Source: a virus
Length of the DNA stretch: 64,000 nt
Strand: one strand, 5' to 3'
Virus record (IMG/VR): IMGVR_UViG_3300025536_000012
Coordinates: 67,496-131,495 of that record
The notes beneath the pieces were generated by a model. It did no database searches. It was not told where the DNA came from and was given only the letters and a program-made list of their open reading frames with translations. This document shows positions 9,452 to 18,735 of the stretch, piece after piece. Numbering within the stretch: the stretch's first letter is position 1; every line of letters begins with the position of its first letter. Position numbers and translations under genes: made by a program.

Positions 9452-9996
9452 GAGAAATGCCTTGGGTTGATTCTGTGTATTGGTCGTCTGACTTGTTCCG
9501 CGTACTCGACGCAGTTGTACGTTCCGCCCCTGGATCCATCCCAGACGGCAATGAGGATATCGCAGTTGTCGACCATCCAGCGGTTCCTGCGATCCATCTT
9601 GTGGGCAGAATAACCGCCCCCTGTGACAACGTACTGGCAATAGGCGTGCGCCAAGAGCTCGCGATAGAACTCTTGGGACTCTCTAGGCCATGTAGATTCT
9701 TGGCCTAAAAAGGGGACCGCAGCGATGAATGGGATCTGCATCTCTACGCACGTGAATGCGAAGTCCTGGTCGACGCCTAAGGCCATTCCAGAGATGCAGT
9801 ACTGAGGCTCGAGGAATTCTAGGATGAATCTTATCTTCGAGCGTATCCATTGTCGCTGTGGGGCGTCGAAGTCGTAGCCGCCGATCTTGTCTGGGCGGTG
9901 CCCTGTAACAGCTACAACCCAGGGCTCAATCGTCTTCTCTGACCTCGAGGATTCTTGATATGAGTGCGGTCTTTCCTCCAGGGATCTTGGAAGCAC
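9448..9996 (-). CDS. YpsA-like SLOG-family (DUF1273-like) Rossmann-fold protein
   Basis: 'VVAVTGHRPDKIGG', 'ISGMALGVDQ' and 'NCDILIAVWDG' match the YpsA/DprA-like SLOG pattern. Confidence 0.65.
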   Translation of the reverse strand: MLPRSLEERPHSYQESSRSEKTIEPWVVAVTGHRPDKIGGYDFDAPQRQWIRSKIRFILEFLEPQYCISGMALGVDQDFAFTCVEMQIPFIAAVPFLGQESTWPRESQEFYRELLAHAYCQYVVTGGGYSAHKMDRRNRWMVDNCDILIAVWDGSRGGTYNCVEYAEQVRRPIHRINPRHFS

Positions 9997-11113
9997 CGAT
10001 GATCTCCAGGCCGTAGGTTGCGTACTTACGCAGATCGTCGAGGGATTGCTTGGTCAGTCCGGCCATGTCCAACTTGTTGAGCTTTGCGTAGCCCTTGTTG
10101 GGCTTCTTCTTGACGACGGATTTCTTCTTTTCCTCCGCCTTCTTCGCAGTCGTCTTGACGGCAGCAGTGCTCAACGGACCGTCTTCGTCCTCATCGTCTC
10201 CATCGTCATCTTCATCGATATCCGGCTTTGTATCTTCGGAATCATCATCGTCATCCGGATCGTCCTTGTCTCCATCCCACTCGTCCTCCTTGATCTCCTC
10301 ATCGTCATCAGGTTCTGCTGCGTGTACTTCTGGAGTGGCGGTTGTGGTGTGCTTCGAATACTCGAGATCTCGAATACTGATAGAGGTGGATGGTAGCTCG
10401 GTACCGTAGTTACCGATCACTTTGTACTCACAAACCCGCATCTTTTGAGCACTGCTATCTTGGGGCACGCTTACGACGTGTTCTGGGTCGACTTCGCAAA
10501 CTACGATTCTTCCACCGGAGTGGAATGATCTGACGTATCCCATAGCCCCTACATGAAACCCTTCATCACAGGCTACCATTTGATCATCCGAGATTTTGTT
10601 GCGAAGCATCTTGTTGGTGACACCTGGGCGATTGTCGAATTTCCCTGAATGCACGTCCTTATAGTCCTGCCGCACAGACTTGTACGTAAGGATCTTGCCT
10701 TCTGGAGTGAGCGGGATGTTCGAGTGCTTGAGAAATCCGTAGAGCTGTTGTACCGAACGGTATGAAGGGTTCTTGCTCAAGCGCTCCCAGAAGTTGAAGA
10801 GGATGGTCGGATTCTCTCCGTTGGTAGCCATCGCGACGATTCGAGCCGTGATGTCTTCTGGAACCTCTTCTCCCATATACTTCACGTTATTGCCTTTGAT
10901 CTCGAACTTGTCGTTAGACCAGGTCTCGATGCTCTTGGTCACGGTGAGATGGCCAGGAACGTCGGCCCATCGCTCCTCATGCAGTGCATTTTTCAGGTTG
11001 ATGAAGTGAGGGGATCCCTTCTTCACCACCCATGGTCTACCTTCGTGATAGACCGTAACTGATTCGTCGGAGATCATGAACTTGAATGGGCTATTCGTCG
11101 AAGATGTTGTCAT
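9926..11113 (-). CDS. hypothetical protein with acidic tract and C-terminal Rho-N/SAP-like motif
   Basis: long D/E run; C-terminus 'LTKQSLDDLRKYATYGLEIIGASKIPGGKTALISRILEV' resembles the Rho N-terminal / SAP helix-extension-helix. Confidence 0.45.
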   Translation of the reverse strand: MTTSSTNSPFKFMISDESVTVYHEGRPWVVKKGSPHFINLKNALHEERWADVPGHLTVTKSIETWSNDKFEIKGNNVKYMGEEVPEDITARIVAMATNGENPTILFNFWERLSKNPSYRSVQQLYGFLKHSNIPLTPEGKILTYKSVRQDYKDVHSGKFDNRPGVTNKMLRNKISDDQMVACDEGFHVGAMGYVRSFHSGGRIVVCEVDPEHVVSVPQDSSAQKMRVCEYKVIGNYGTELPSTSISIRDLEYSKHTTTATPEVHAAEPDDDEEIKEDEWDGDKDDPDDDDDSEDTKPDIDEDDDGDDEDEDGPLSTAAVKTTAKKAEEKKKSVVKKKPNKGYAKLNKLDMAGLTKQSLDDLRKYATYGLEIIGASKIPGGKTALISRILEVREDD

Positions 11114-13271
11114 CGTCTTCCTCTTCCTCCTCGTCCTTTATGACTGGAGTTAAATTCTGCGGGCGAACCTTGTCGATCAGTTTGATGTATTCGGCCCAGT
11201 GGATTGAGTTCTTACCCCACAGCTCTGACATCCGGCTCAAGGCTACGAGAGGGTACTTCGCGTAGATATCGTCTCGAGCCTTTAGGGCATCGAACTTGTT
11301 CGTTGCCTTGACCTTCTCGTAGAGCCGACTGATGGCGTTTCTTTGCTTTTCTGGAAGCTTGGAATAGATCCTCTTTGCTTCTCTCTGTCTCTTCAGGAGT
11401 CGAGTGATTGGGTGCTTGACCCCAAACAGATCCAAGGCAACTGTGTAGCTAGATGCCTCACCGTGGTAGTCATTGGTGACAACCACAGCAGCTTCGTACA
11501 CCGCCAATTGCTTCCTGATCTTTTCAATGGCCGCGATCTGGTGAAAGACCTTTTCTCGCCACTCTGGATAATGGGTACCAGTTCTCTGCTCCGGCAGTAC
11601 CGGCTTCTTCTTTGTGCTCTTGTACCCATAGATCTCAGGCATCGTTTCGCCGAGCCCCACGATAATGTCTTTGTCGTTCTTGTACGAGCGATAGATATCG
11701 AACTCGCCTTCGAAGTCCGTCCGAAACCCCTTGAGGATGACAAAGACATCATCCTTCGTAGGAACCCGTTTCTCAATCGTCCAAATGTCAGACCACGGGT
11801 GTGTGAACGCGGCATTGACCTGTAACTTGAATGTGGAGACCCGATGCTTGTCGTTCATCTGCTTGAGCTTCGGAGTTTTGACTGGAGGCGGTGTCCAGTT
11901 CAACGACGATAGCTTCAAAACCGGAACGCCATAGAACCCCAACTTGATCGATAGCTTCTCGAGCTCTTCCTCGACGTCCTCCCACTCCTCTCCATCATTC
12001 ATTCGTACCAGGTAGTCATGGTACTTGAGATCGTGGAATCCAGTTGTGTTGCGAAGATCGTCTCGTAGAAAGATACGAGTGTCGGTGCCGACATAAAGAC
12101 TGGTCGTCTCTGCCTGGGACTGCCAGCTAGTCAGAACGAACGTCTTCGTTTTAGCTTTGTACTCGAGGCTGGTTTCGAGAAGGTCCTTGAACTCCTTCGG
12201 GATCGGAAGTCGAAGGTGGTTGAGGATCTGAGCTCGGACACGTTTCTCCCAGATCGTGACCTTGCTATCGTCCTCTAATGCAGCAATGGTCGTACGAACG
12301 TACTCATCGACCAGGTCGTTGAACTTCTTGATTAGCGCAGCTTTGGTAGAAGTGCTGTACTTGAGTCCTTCACGAGAGGCGCTGACCTGAACGTCTCCGA
12401 TATTGAAGTACAGAACCCCGGAAAGATGCTTGATATGGTTTCCGATACCGCCATCTGGATTGTGTGCTCCTTCTAGTTGATCTAAATCAACCTTGTATGG
12501 AACACACCCCATAACAGCTACCCACTCAGCTGCGCTACCTCTTGAGCTGTTTAGGATTCCATTGGAAAGAATCTGGCGCTCAGCAGGGAGATCCGGAAGC
12601 TTGATATTGATCTCTGGCCTGGGCTCGAAGTACTGAAACAACGACTCAGCCTTCTGGTTGAAGTCCCAGATATCTTCAGGCTTGACCGGGATCTGGATCG
12701 TGATTCCCGTCTCGTCTTCATCGCACTCTTCTTCGTTCAGAAGATTGATGCTGCCCTTGTTCGATTCGTCCAGCACCGCGACGTAGGTTCGACACATCCC
12801 ACCATGCCTGGATGTGATCGTGAAGCTATCGGAATACGCGAAGGCACTCTTGGATCCGATTCCGAATTGGCCGACCACATCATCGCTGTTCCGTTTGGTG
12901 CTTTTACCGTACTGGGTATAGACCTGGAACATGTCAGTCTCGGAAAGCCCTAAACCGAAGTCCTGAATGTAGAGCGTGGGATCTAGCTTGGTTGGAAGAG
13001 TGACCTTGATAGGGAGATCCTTCTTGCCGGCGTCTCTGTTGGCATCCCAAGCATTCGAGGAATATTCCCGAAGAGGGGCGAGCACCTTGTCGGAATACAA
13101 GGTGTCACGAAGGATGGTCATGATGTGGGCAGAGTCATCTCCCGAAATGCCAAACGAGCTACTTGCTGTGACTCCGCTCGATGTCAGCTTTCGTGCAGTT
13201 GAGTTAGAGATCAAAGATCCCTCCTTACTTCTGGGTGATAGTCTGCAACCCCCGTCTGACAGTCCAATCAT
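11091..13271 (-). CDS. GHKL-family ATPase (Hsp90/HtpG- or Topo VIB-like Bergerat fold)
   Basis: N-box-like 'REYSSNAWDANRD', G1 'IQDFGLGLSE', G2 'VVGQFGIGSKSAFAYSD'. Confidence 0.65.
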   Translation of the reverse strand: MIGLSDGGCRLSPRSKEGSLISNSTARKLTSSGVTASSSFGISGDDSAHIMTILRDTLYSDKVLAPLREYSSNAWDANRDAGKKDLPIKVTLPTKLDPTLYIQDFGLGLSETDMFQVYTQYGKSTKRNSDDVVGQFGIGSKSAFAYSDSFTITSRHGGMCRTYVAVLDESNKGSINLLNEEECDEDETGITIQIPVKPEDIWDFNQKAESLFQYFEPRPEINIKLPDLPAERQILSNGILNSSRGSAAEWVAVMGCVPYKVDLDQLEGAHNPDGGIGNHIKHLSGVLYFNIGDVQVSASREGLKYSTSTKAALIKKFNDLVDEYVRTTIAALEDDSKVTIWEKRVRAQILNHLRLPIPKEFKDLLETSLEYKAKTKTFVLTSWQSQAETTSLYVGTDTRIFLRDDLRNTTGFHDLKYHDYLVRMNDGEEWEDVEEELEKLSIKLGFYGVPVLKLSSLNWTPPPVKTPKLKQMNDKHRVSTFKLQVNAAFTHPWSDIWTIEKRVPTKDDVFVILKGFRTDFEGEFDIYRSYKNDKDIIVGLGETMPEIYGYKSTKKKPVLPEQRTGTHYPEWREKVFHQIAAIEKIRKQLAVYEAAVVVTNDYHGEASSYTVALDLFGVKHPITRLLKRQREAKRIYSKLPEKQRNAISRLYEKVKATNKFDALKARDDIYAKYPLVALSRMSELWGKNSIHWAEYIKLIDKVRPQNLTPVIKDEEEEEDDDNIFDE

Positions 13272-14700
13272 CTGGATCCGTGTCGACGTGAAGCGTGATG
13301 TCTCCGAAGTGGTTCTTGAAGTTCTTGATCATTTCATGAACCTTCTTCCGAAGTGTCGGGTGGATGTACTTTCCGGATCGGAGCTCCATCACATAGATGG
13401 CTGCCGGCAAGGCATACGTCACCTGGGTTGGGACTCGAAATCCCAGAGCGGTGTAGTACTGCCTAGGGAGATAGTCCTTGGAAAGGGCTTTGATTCTACC
13501 TGTCTGGATCTCGATGAGTTGTCGAGCCTCTTCCTGAAGACCGTCATCTAGCTGCTCGAGATACCACGACTCGAAGTCGTAGCTCGTATCGAGGAGTGGC
13601 ATACGACAGACGCCATTTCGATGCCGCTGAATGTCCCTGAAAGATCCGAAGTCGAGAAGGAATGTGAAGGTGATTTGCCCTTGATCGGCCATGAGGTGTG
13701 GAAGTACACAACCCTTCGGCCTTTTGTAGTACAGCTTGAAGTAGTTCTTGTAGTTATCGAGCCCAACCACCGACATGATCATGTCTTCTCTTGGGTAAGG
13801 AATGATCGGTTTGGGATAGGCAAAGAGCTCCGCATGTTCCATCTCCCAAGCAGCTCTAGCCTCGTTAGCTTCCTGATCCTTATGCCCAATACCGCTAACA
13901 GAGGCCAGACTCTGCTCGAACCCACTAGCTGGGTACTTCGTGGCTAACATTTTGCTAAGTCCGATGGCGATATTCGCGATCTCCGAAGAAGGGTGATTCC
14001 TCATCATGTTGAGGTGATCGCCGGCCTGACGCAAATTGGTATGCCATGAGAGATGGGCGGTGATACCGGCAGGCAAGAAGCCGCGAAGAACATCGAAGGC
14101 TCTGGCCTTGACTGCCTTCTCGTAGACATCCGGCTTCTCCCCTTCCTTGATGGGGTAGCGTTCGCGGACGGTGGCGGCAACTCGATCTTGATTGTTGGTA
14201 TAGAACGCCATCCAATCGTCCATGATACTCTTCGAGAGAACTGTATTGATTGGATCGACGATGCGCTGCTGCGACATGTCGATGTACCGGGTGCTTGTCT
14301 CCTGTCCGCAGTACAACGGCCAGTCTTGAATTGCCTTGGCGGCCAGCAAGCTGACGTTCTCGATGAACGCCGTGGTGGATCCACAGTCCGCAATGCTCTT
14401 GTGTCCATAGCCGACGTAGAACGACGACATGAACTTGCCGCTACCGGATTTCTTGATCTTCTCGATGTGGGTCTCAGCACTCTCTGCACTACGAGAGTAG
14501 AGGGCCTGGAGCATGGCAACGTCCTCGGGAGAGAGGTCGTCGACGATCATCAACTTCTGCGCTTTGTCAGTCATTTGGTTTCGTTCTCTCTTCTTTAGGA
14601 ACCTGGGGGTAGTATTCTTTGCCCATAATAGACAGAACTTCCCGCCACTTCTTTTCCTCAAGGCAGGGTCTCGTACAACACGCCTCGTGGAAGAATCCAT
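13225..14700 (-). CDS. ThyX-like (Thy1 fold, flavin-dependent thymidylate synthase family) protein, divergent and possibly tandem-domain
   Basis: 'WHTNLRQAGDHLNMMRNHPSSEIANIA' matches the ThyX NxRxLxxF..LR...AQxEI block. 'FRDIQRHRNGV' gives the RHR motif, but the conserved Ser after RHR is absent. Motif order and 491-aa length suggest duplication. Confidence 0.55.
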   Translation of the reverse strand: MDSSTRRVVRDPALRKRSGGKFCLLWAKNTTPRFLKKRERNQMTDKAQKLMIVDDLSPEDVAMLQALYSRSAESAETHIEKIKKSGSGKFMSSFYVGYGHKSIADCGSTTAFIENVSLLAAKAIQDWPLYCGQETSTRYIDMSQQRIVDPINTVLSKSIMDDWMAFYTNNQDRVAATVRERYPIKEGEKPDVYEKAVKARAFDVLRGFLPAGITAHLSWHTNLRQAGDHLNMMRNHPSSEIANIAIGLSKMLATKYPASGFEQSLASVSGIGHKDQEANEARAAWEMEHAELFAYPKPIIPYPREDMIMSVVGLDNYKNYFKLYYKRPKGCVLPHLMADQGQITFTFLLDFGSFRDIQRHRNGVCRMPLLDTSYDFESWYLEQLDDGLQEEARQLIEIQTGRIKALSKDYLPRQYYTALGFRVPTQVTYALPAAIYVMELRSGKYIHPTLRKKVHEMIKNFKNHFGDITLHVDTDPDDWTVRRGLQTITQK

Positions 14701-14773
14701 TGACGGTGTGGCGCACAGTACACTCGAATTCTTTGCCGCAGATGCAGCAGAACAACTTCATGTCTCCAAACAC
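14567..14773 (-). CDS. small Cys-rich zinc-finger protein
   Basis: 'CCICGKEFEC...HEACCTRPC'; lies within the 3' end of the ThyX-like ORF in another frame, so doubtful. Confidence 0.3.
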   Translation of the reverse strand: MFGDMKLFCCICGKEFECTVRHTVNGFFHEACCTRPCLEEKKWREVLSIMGKEYYPQVPKEERTKPND

Positions 14774-15666
14774 TAGATCCTCATCTTCTTCACCGCTTCG
14801 CGCAGAAGCTGACGTTCGGATTCCTCTTCGGCGATCATGGTGTCCATGAGCTCCTGGTTGATGAGATTCCGGATAGACGATTCAACCAACTGTGTCAACG
14901 CTGGAGGAGGCAGAGCATCAAGCTCCCAGGAACTATCTCCGAACTCCTCGATGTAAGCCTTCGCTCGAGAGTCCGTTAGCTTTGCTGGGTTGGGTGGTGG
15001 GTTGTACTTTCGCACCTGCGCAGTGGTCAGAGCTATATTCTTGACCTCGAGCTCCTCTACCCCAAACTCGGTGAGCCTGTCGTCGATATCACGCACCATG
15101 TCTTTCCCGCTTGGGTCGTGATCTCCTAGGTAAAGAAGGATCGGAGTCTTCGTAGAGCCTTCATCGCTCTCTTCTTCGCAAGCTCTCATCATTCGCTCTG
15201 CGGCGTCTTTCATTGCCGAAGCGGAGCTGTAACCTTTGTTGACCATCAAGGTGATATGGAACCGTCGTGCGATTGGCCCTAGGATTCCGGCGAGAGCAGC
15301 CTTCTCGACCCAAAGCTCGACGTGATGGTCTTGTCCCTTCCATCTCGGAAGACGAAAGGAACGTAGGGCTGTATCGACCAGAGCTTCTATGTTCGGCCAA
15401 TCCGAGGGCGTATCTGGCTCTCGGTTACGGTCCTCGATAGCATCCCAGTCTACGAGCCCAGCATAGCGGGCATCGGTCAAAAGGACGGTTAGATTCTTGT
15501 AGTTCTTGACGTTGTTCTCTAGCCATCCACGTGACACGAACTGATAATAGACCTGCCGTGCCGTGAGTTTCTGGTCCGGGTAGTCGTTGACGATTTCTAT
15601 GATCTGATCGATACGGTCCAGTCGATCCTGGCCGATCTTCGTTTCTCTGAACTGGTGCAGTGCCAT
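14773..15666 (-). CDS. Spo11/Topo VIA-like protein (wHTH 5Y-CAP plus Toprim; Mini-A-like)
   Basis: 'LTARQVYYQF' matches the catalytic-Tyr R-x-x-Y-Y motif. 'ELWVEKAAL' gives the Toprim Glu. 'MVNKGYSSA' matches the KGYP region and 'LLYLGDHDPSGKDM' the DxD metal site. Confidence 0.65.
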   Translation of the reverse strand: MALHQFRETKIGQDRLDRIDQIIEIVNDYPDQKLTARQVYYQFVSRGWLENNVKNYKNLTVLLTDARYAGLVDWDAIEDRNREPDTPSDWPNIEALVDTALRSFRLPRWKGQDHHVELWVEKAALAGILGPIARRFHITLMVNKGYSSASAMKDAAERMMRACEEESDEGSTKTPILLYLGDHDPSGKDMVRDIDDRLTEFGVEELEVKNIALTTAQVRKYNPPPNPAKLTDSRAKAYIEEFGDSSWELDALPPPALTQLVESSIRNLINQELMDTMIAEEESERQLLREAVKKMRI

Positions 15667-15732
15667 GGGACAACCTCCAAAAGAAAGTCCGTCAAGTGGA
15701 CGGACGTTTCACAGAATCTATGTCCCACTTCT

Positions 15733-16146
15733 CTATGGGATGTGATTCCACCTGGAACGAATGCTGACAAAGCTGACGGTGATAATCTTGTCCTCGCCAT
15801 CTTTTTTCATTAAGTAGGTATCTACCTTCTCCCCCGGCCCTTGGCAGACGTAGACGTTGTCACTGTCCCGTCGAGACCACTTGCCTTCTTTGGAGGCCAG
15901 CAGCTTGAGGTACCGGTCCTTCTTGCTCATGAGGATAATTGGGTTCACTGAAGGCTCGGCCTCCTTTGGAAGATCGCTTAGCGTATCGACTGCCAATCCC
16001 CAAGCGAGAGCCATCATTCTTGCGTGAAATTCTACCTCGGTCATATTTCTCTCCAAATGGCTGGGAAAGGGTTCTTCTCGCCGAACTGACGAGCGGTCCA
16101 ATCGATGATCAGTTCCCCGACCTTTACGACAAAGTGGAAGCGACAC
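15733..16146 (-). CDS. hypothetical protein
   Basis: 137-aa ORF; true start may be the internal Met of 'MTEVEFHARMMAL'. Confidence 0.4.
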   Translation of the reverse strand: MSLPLCRKGRGTDHRLDRSSVRREEPFPSHLERNMTEVEFHARMMALAWGLAVDTLSDLPKEAEPSVNPIILMSKKDRYLKLLASKEGKWSRRDSDNVYVCQGPGEKVDTYLMKKDGEDKIITVSFVSIRSRWNHIP

Positions 16147-16511
16147 CCATCCGAATCAAACGGGAACGAATCGAGATGGTCATCGAACTTCTGTCTGAGT
16201 GCCTCCTCTTTGCCCATAGGATCAAAGATGTATTCCCGGAGGAACAACTGTTCGTTGCTAACATCGAACCCAACCTCCCCCAGATACGTCAGGAAATCGC
16301 AACTGATCTCCAGGCACAGTCCTTCTGCGCCATCTTTGGTGTGAAGACAACCCCAACAACCAATCTTTCCGTAGAGCGCACGGTCTCGCCTGCACTGAGC
16401 TCTAAGATCTCGTTGGAAGTTTCGAACTGCCGTCCTCACTAGAGGCGGAAGGCTATGAACCTTCACGAAGGTAGGCGCGGTATTTGTGGAACGCTTCACG
16501 GCAAGCTCCAT
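16041..16511 (-). CDS. hypothetical protein
   Basis: 156-aa ORF. Confidence 0.4.
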   Translation of the reverse strand: MELAVKRSTNTAPTFVKVHSLPPLVRTAVRNFQRDLRAQCRRDRALYGKIGCWGCLHTKDGAEGLCLEISCDFLTYLGEVGFDVSNEQLFLREYIFDPMGKEEALRQKFDDHLDSFPFDSDGCRFHFVVKVGELIIDWTARQFGEKNPFPAIWREI

Positions 16512-16929
16512 TGATGTCTGAGATGAGGAGGGTTAACCCGTGATCTGGTGGATCAGCGTCTGGTATCTCTACCGAAACAGCTGGCCCATCAGATGAGAAG
16601 AACGCCGTGACATGGGAAGCTGACGAAATCCGCTCCGCCTGAAACTGGGCTTTGGCCTTCTCGGGATTCAGGATCTTTACATCAACCTCCCACGTTTTGA
16701 CGTCGTACTCGTCACTCATAGGAGGACGCAGCATCCCTGAAGCTACGGCCTGATGTACTTCATCATTGAGATTGGTGACTATGGTTTTCAAGTGTTGATC
16801 GCTGTCGAGATGAACCTGTTCATATTCGACGTCGATCGTGATTTGGATGAGGGCTTTGGTCATATGAAAAAGAAAGTGGGGAGAGCACTCGATGTACCCC
16901 GCCCACGCTATTCTGAAGTTCCTACCCAC
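16453..16929 (-). CDS. hypothetical protein
   Basis: 158-aa ORF; likely starts at the internal 'MTKALIQ'. Confidence 0.4.
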   Translation of the reverse strand: MGRNFRIAWAGYIECSPHFLFHMTKALIQITIDVEYEQVHLDSDQHLKTIVTNLNDEVHQAVASGMLRPPMSDEYDVKTWEVDVKILNPEKAKAQFQAERISSASHVTAFFSSDGPAVSVEIPDADPPDHGLTLLISDINGACREAFHKYRAYLREGS

Positions 16930-16985
16930 CGGCCATTAGTTAAACCGGTCGGTGCATCACATTACCGCCTGTATCGCGCTGATTA

Positions 16986-18152
16986 CTAATCAGCCTCCGT
17001 CTCGGAAGCAGCATCCTCCCCGCCGCCCTTGCCATCCTTGAAGCTCATATTGTACTGCTTGGCCTTGGCCATGAGCTCCAGGTGGATCTTCTTCGCACGC
17101 GGATCGTCGAGATTGCTTTCGATGGCCGACAGTGCGTTTTCGATGCTCTGACTCTCGCCGATGTACTTGTAGTCCACGACCTCGAGCTTGCCGAAGCGTT
17201 TGCCACGAGCCGGGGAGAGCCCACGAATTGGCTTGGGCACGTAGGCCACCATCCATGCGAGAAACTTCTGCCACTCGCCGATACCCTTCTTGGGGATCCT
17301 GAAGTGGATCGAGAACTCCGTCCCCTTCGGAAGAAGCTCGTAGGTTCCGATACCGAGACCCTTCTTGGTGCTCTGATCGATGATCGGCAGCTGAACCTGA
17401 TCGAGCTTCGCCGGCATGATGTGAACATCGTCCACGGAGGTGTAGTTCGCCGCCGCATCGGACAAACCGAACCCCCAACGAAGACCCGTACGAAGCCATC
17501 CTCCGATGACATCGGACGGAATCACGATGGCGTAGGTGGTCTCATCGCGCCAGAAGCGGAGGATGTTCTGCCCCTTCTCGTACGGCGGGAACGGGTACGG
17601 AGACTTCTTCACGTTCGCCGCGAGATATTGGCTATCCGGCTGAGAGCCCAGCATCGGGTTCTTCATCTTGAAAGTGATGAGGAGCTCGAAGTAGTCCGTG
17701 TATCCGAGCCGAGTCTTCGCCTTCTTCGTACCATCCTTGCCAGATTCCTCGCTGGCGTTGAGGACGTCGATGATTTCCTTCGCTTCCTCCGTGGCAACAA
17801 GTGCGGGAAGAAGATCTGCAACGTGGGCGACCTCGGGAGGCTGCGCCCACTTTACCTTCGTGGTCTTGTACATCTGAATGCCTTCGCCGAGCTTGTTCTT
17901 GCCACGAGAGTAGCTGAGCAAGCCGCGAGCACGCAGACCTTCCAGAGCCTGTTCGAGCAAGTGCTCGTTGATGAGGCCACCGATCACCTTGATCTTGCCG
18001 TCGACATCTTCCATCGACGCTTTGCCGAGCTTCTGAACGAAGAACATCGAGAGAACCGAGACCTCCACCAAGTCTTCCAGTTCCATGTCTTTCAGTTCGG
18101 ACTTGATTCCGCCATTGCCGTTACCGTTGCTATCCCCATTCGTTGTCGTCAT
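16986..18152 (-). CDS. hypothetical protein
   Basis: 388-aa ORF with a Gly/Asn-rich N-terminus; first gene of the minus-strand block next to the tRNA array. Confidence 0.5.
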   Translation of the reverse strand: MTTTNGDSNGNGNGGIKSELKDMELEDLVEVSVLSMFFVQKLGKASMEDVDGKIKVIGGLINEHLLEQALEGLRARGLLSYSRGKNKLGEGIQMYKTTKVKWAQPPEVAHVADLLPALVATEEAKEIIDVLNASEESGKDGTKKAKTRLGYTDYFELLITFKMKNPMLGSQPDSQYLAANVKKSPYPFPPYEKGQNILRFWRDETTYAIVIPSDVIGGWLRTGLRWGFGLSDAAANYTSVDDVHIMPAKLDQVQLPIIDQSTKKGLGIGTYELLPKGTEFSIHFRIPKKGIGEWQKFLAWMVAYVPKPIRGLSPARGKRFGKLEVVDYKYIGESQSIENALSAIESNLDDPRAKKIHLELMAKAKQYNMSFKDGKGGGEDAASETEAD

Positions 18153-18272
18153 TGTCGCTCCTCTAAAAACAAAACGGGCCCGAATGGAGAATCCACTCGA
18201 GCCCTCATTCAGAAAAATTGTTCACCGCTACCAACGTCGCATGAATGCGACCAATGCCCTTCGACCGTTATC

Positions 18273-18509
18273 CTATGTGTGCAAGTCGTCCTCCTTTAAT
18301 AGAGGCTCTTCCTGGATGACCCTAAGAAGATGGCCTCGCTCCATACTTTCTAGTGCCCTACGAACGTGTTGGATGGTGAGCTTGTAATCCTTGCGAGCTC
18401 TACGATAGAGACTCCAGCTCACTGAAAGGCAGCCAGCACAAAATCCGCAGGCAATCGCGATGATCAACTCCATGCGTCCCCAGTAATCGGGCAGTAGCCC
18501 TCTATTCAT
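18273..18509 (-). CDS. small membrane protein (doubtful)
   Basis: contains hydrophobic segment 'MELIIAIACGFCAGCLSVSWSLY'. Confidence 0.2.
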   Translation of the reverse strand: MNRGLLPDYWGRMELIIAIACGFCAGCLSVSWSLYRRARKDYKLTIQHVRRALESMERGHLLRVIQEEPLLKEDDLHT

Positions 18510-18657
18510 TCTGGCATAACGACGCCCAATTTGAATCTCGCTTTCTCGCTACTACCGTATGCCTAAGAAGCCTGGAATTTCGGGCTTCAGAACCTTATCT
18601 CAACAAAGTGCTCCTCTTTCTCTTGACACCAAATCGATCCCAGGCCATCGTCACCTC

Positions 18658-18735
<78 letters not shown>

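Noticed and set aside
10046-10409. Plus-strand ORFs with long Ile/Val/Ser runs
   Set aside because: Antisense of the D/E-rich tract in 9926..11113.
18623-18651. TTGACA-N17-CATCGT upstream of the first tRNA
   Set aside because: The -10 element is too weak to call.
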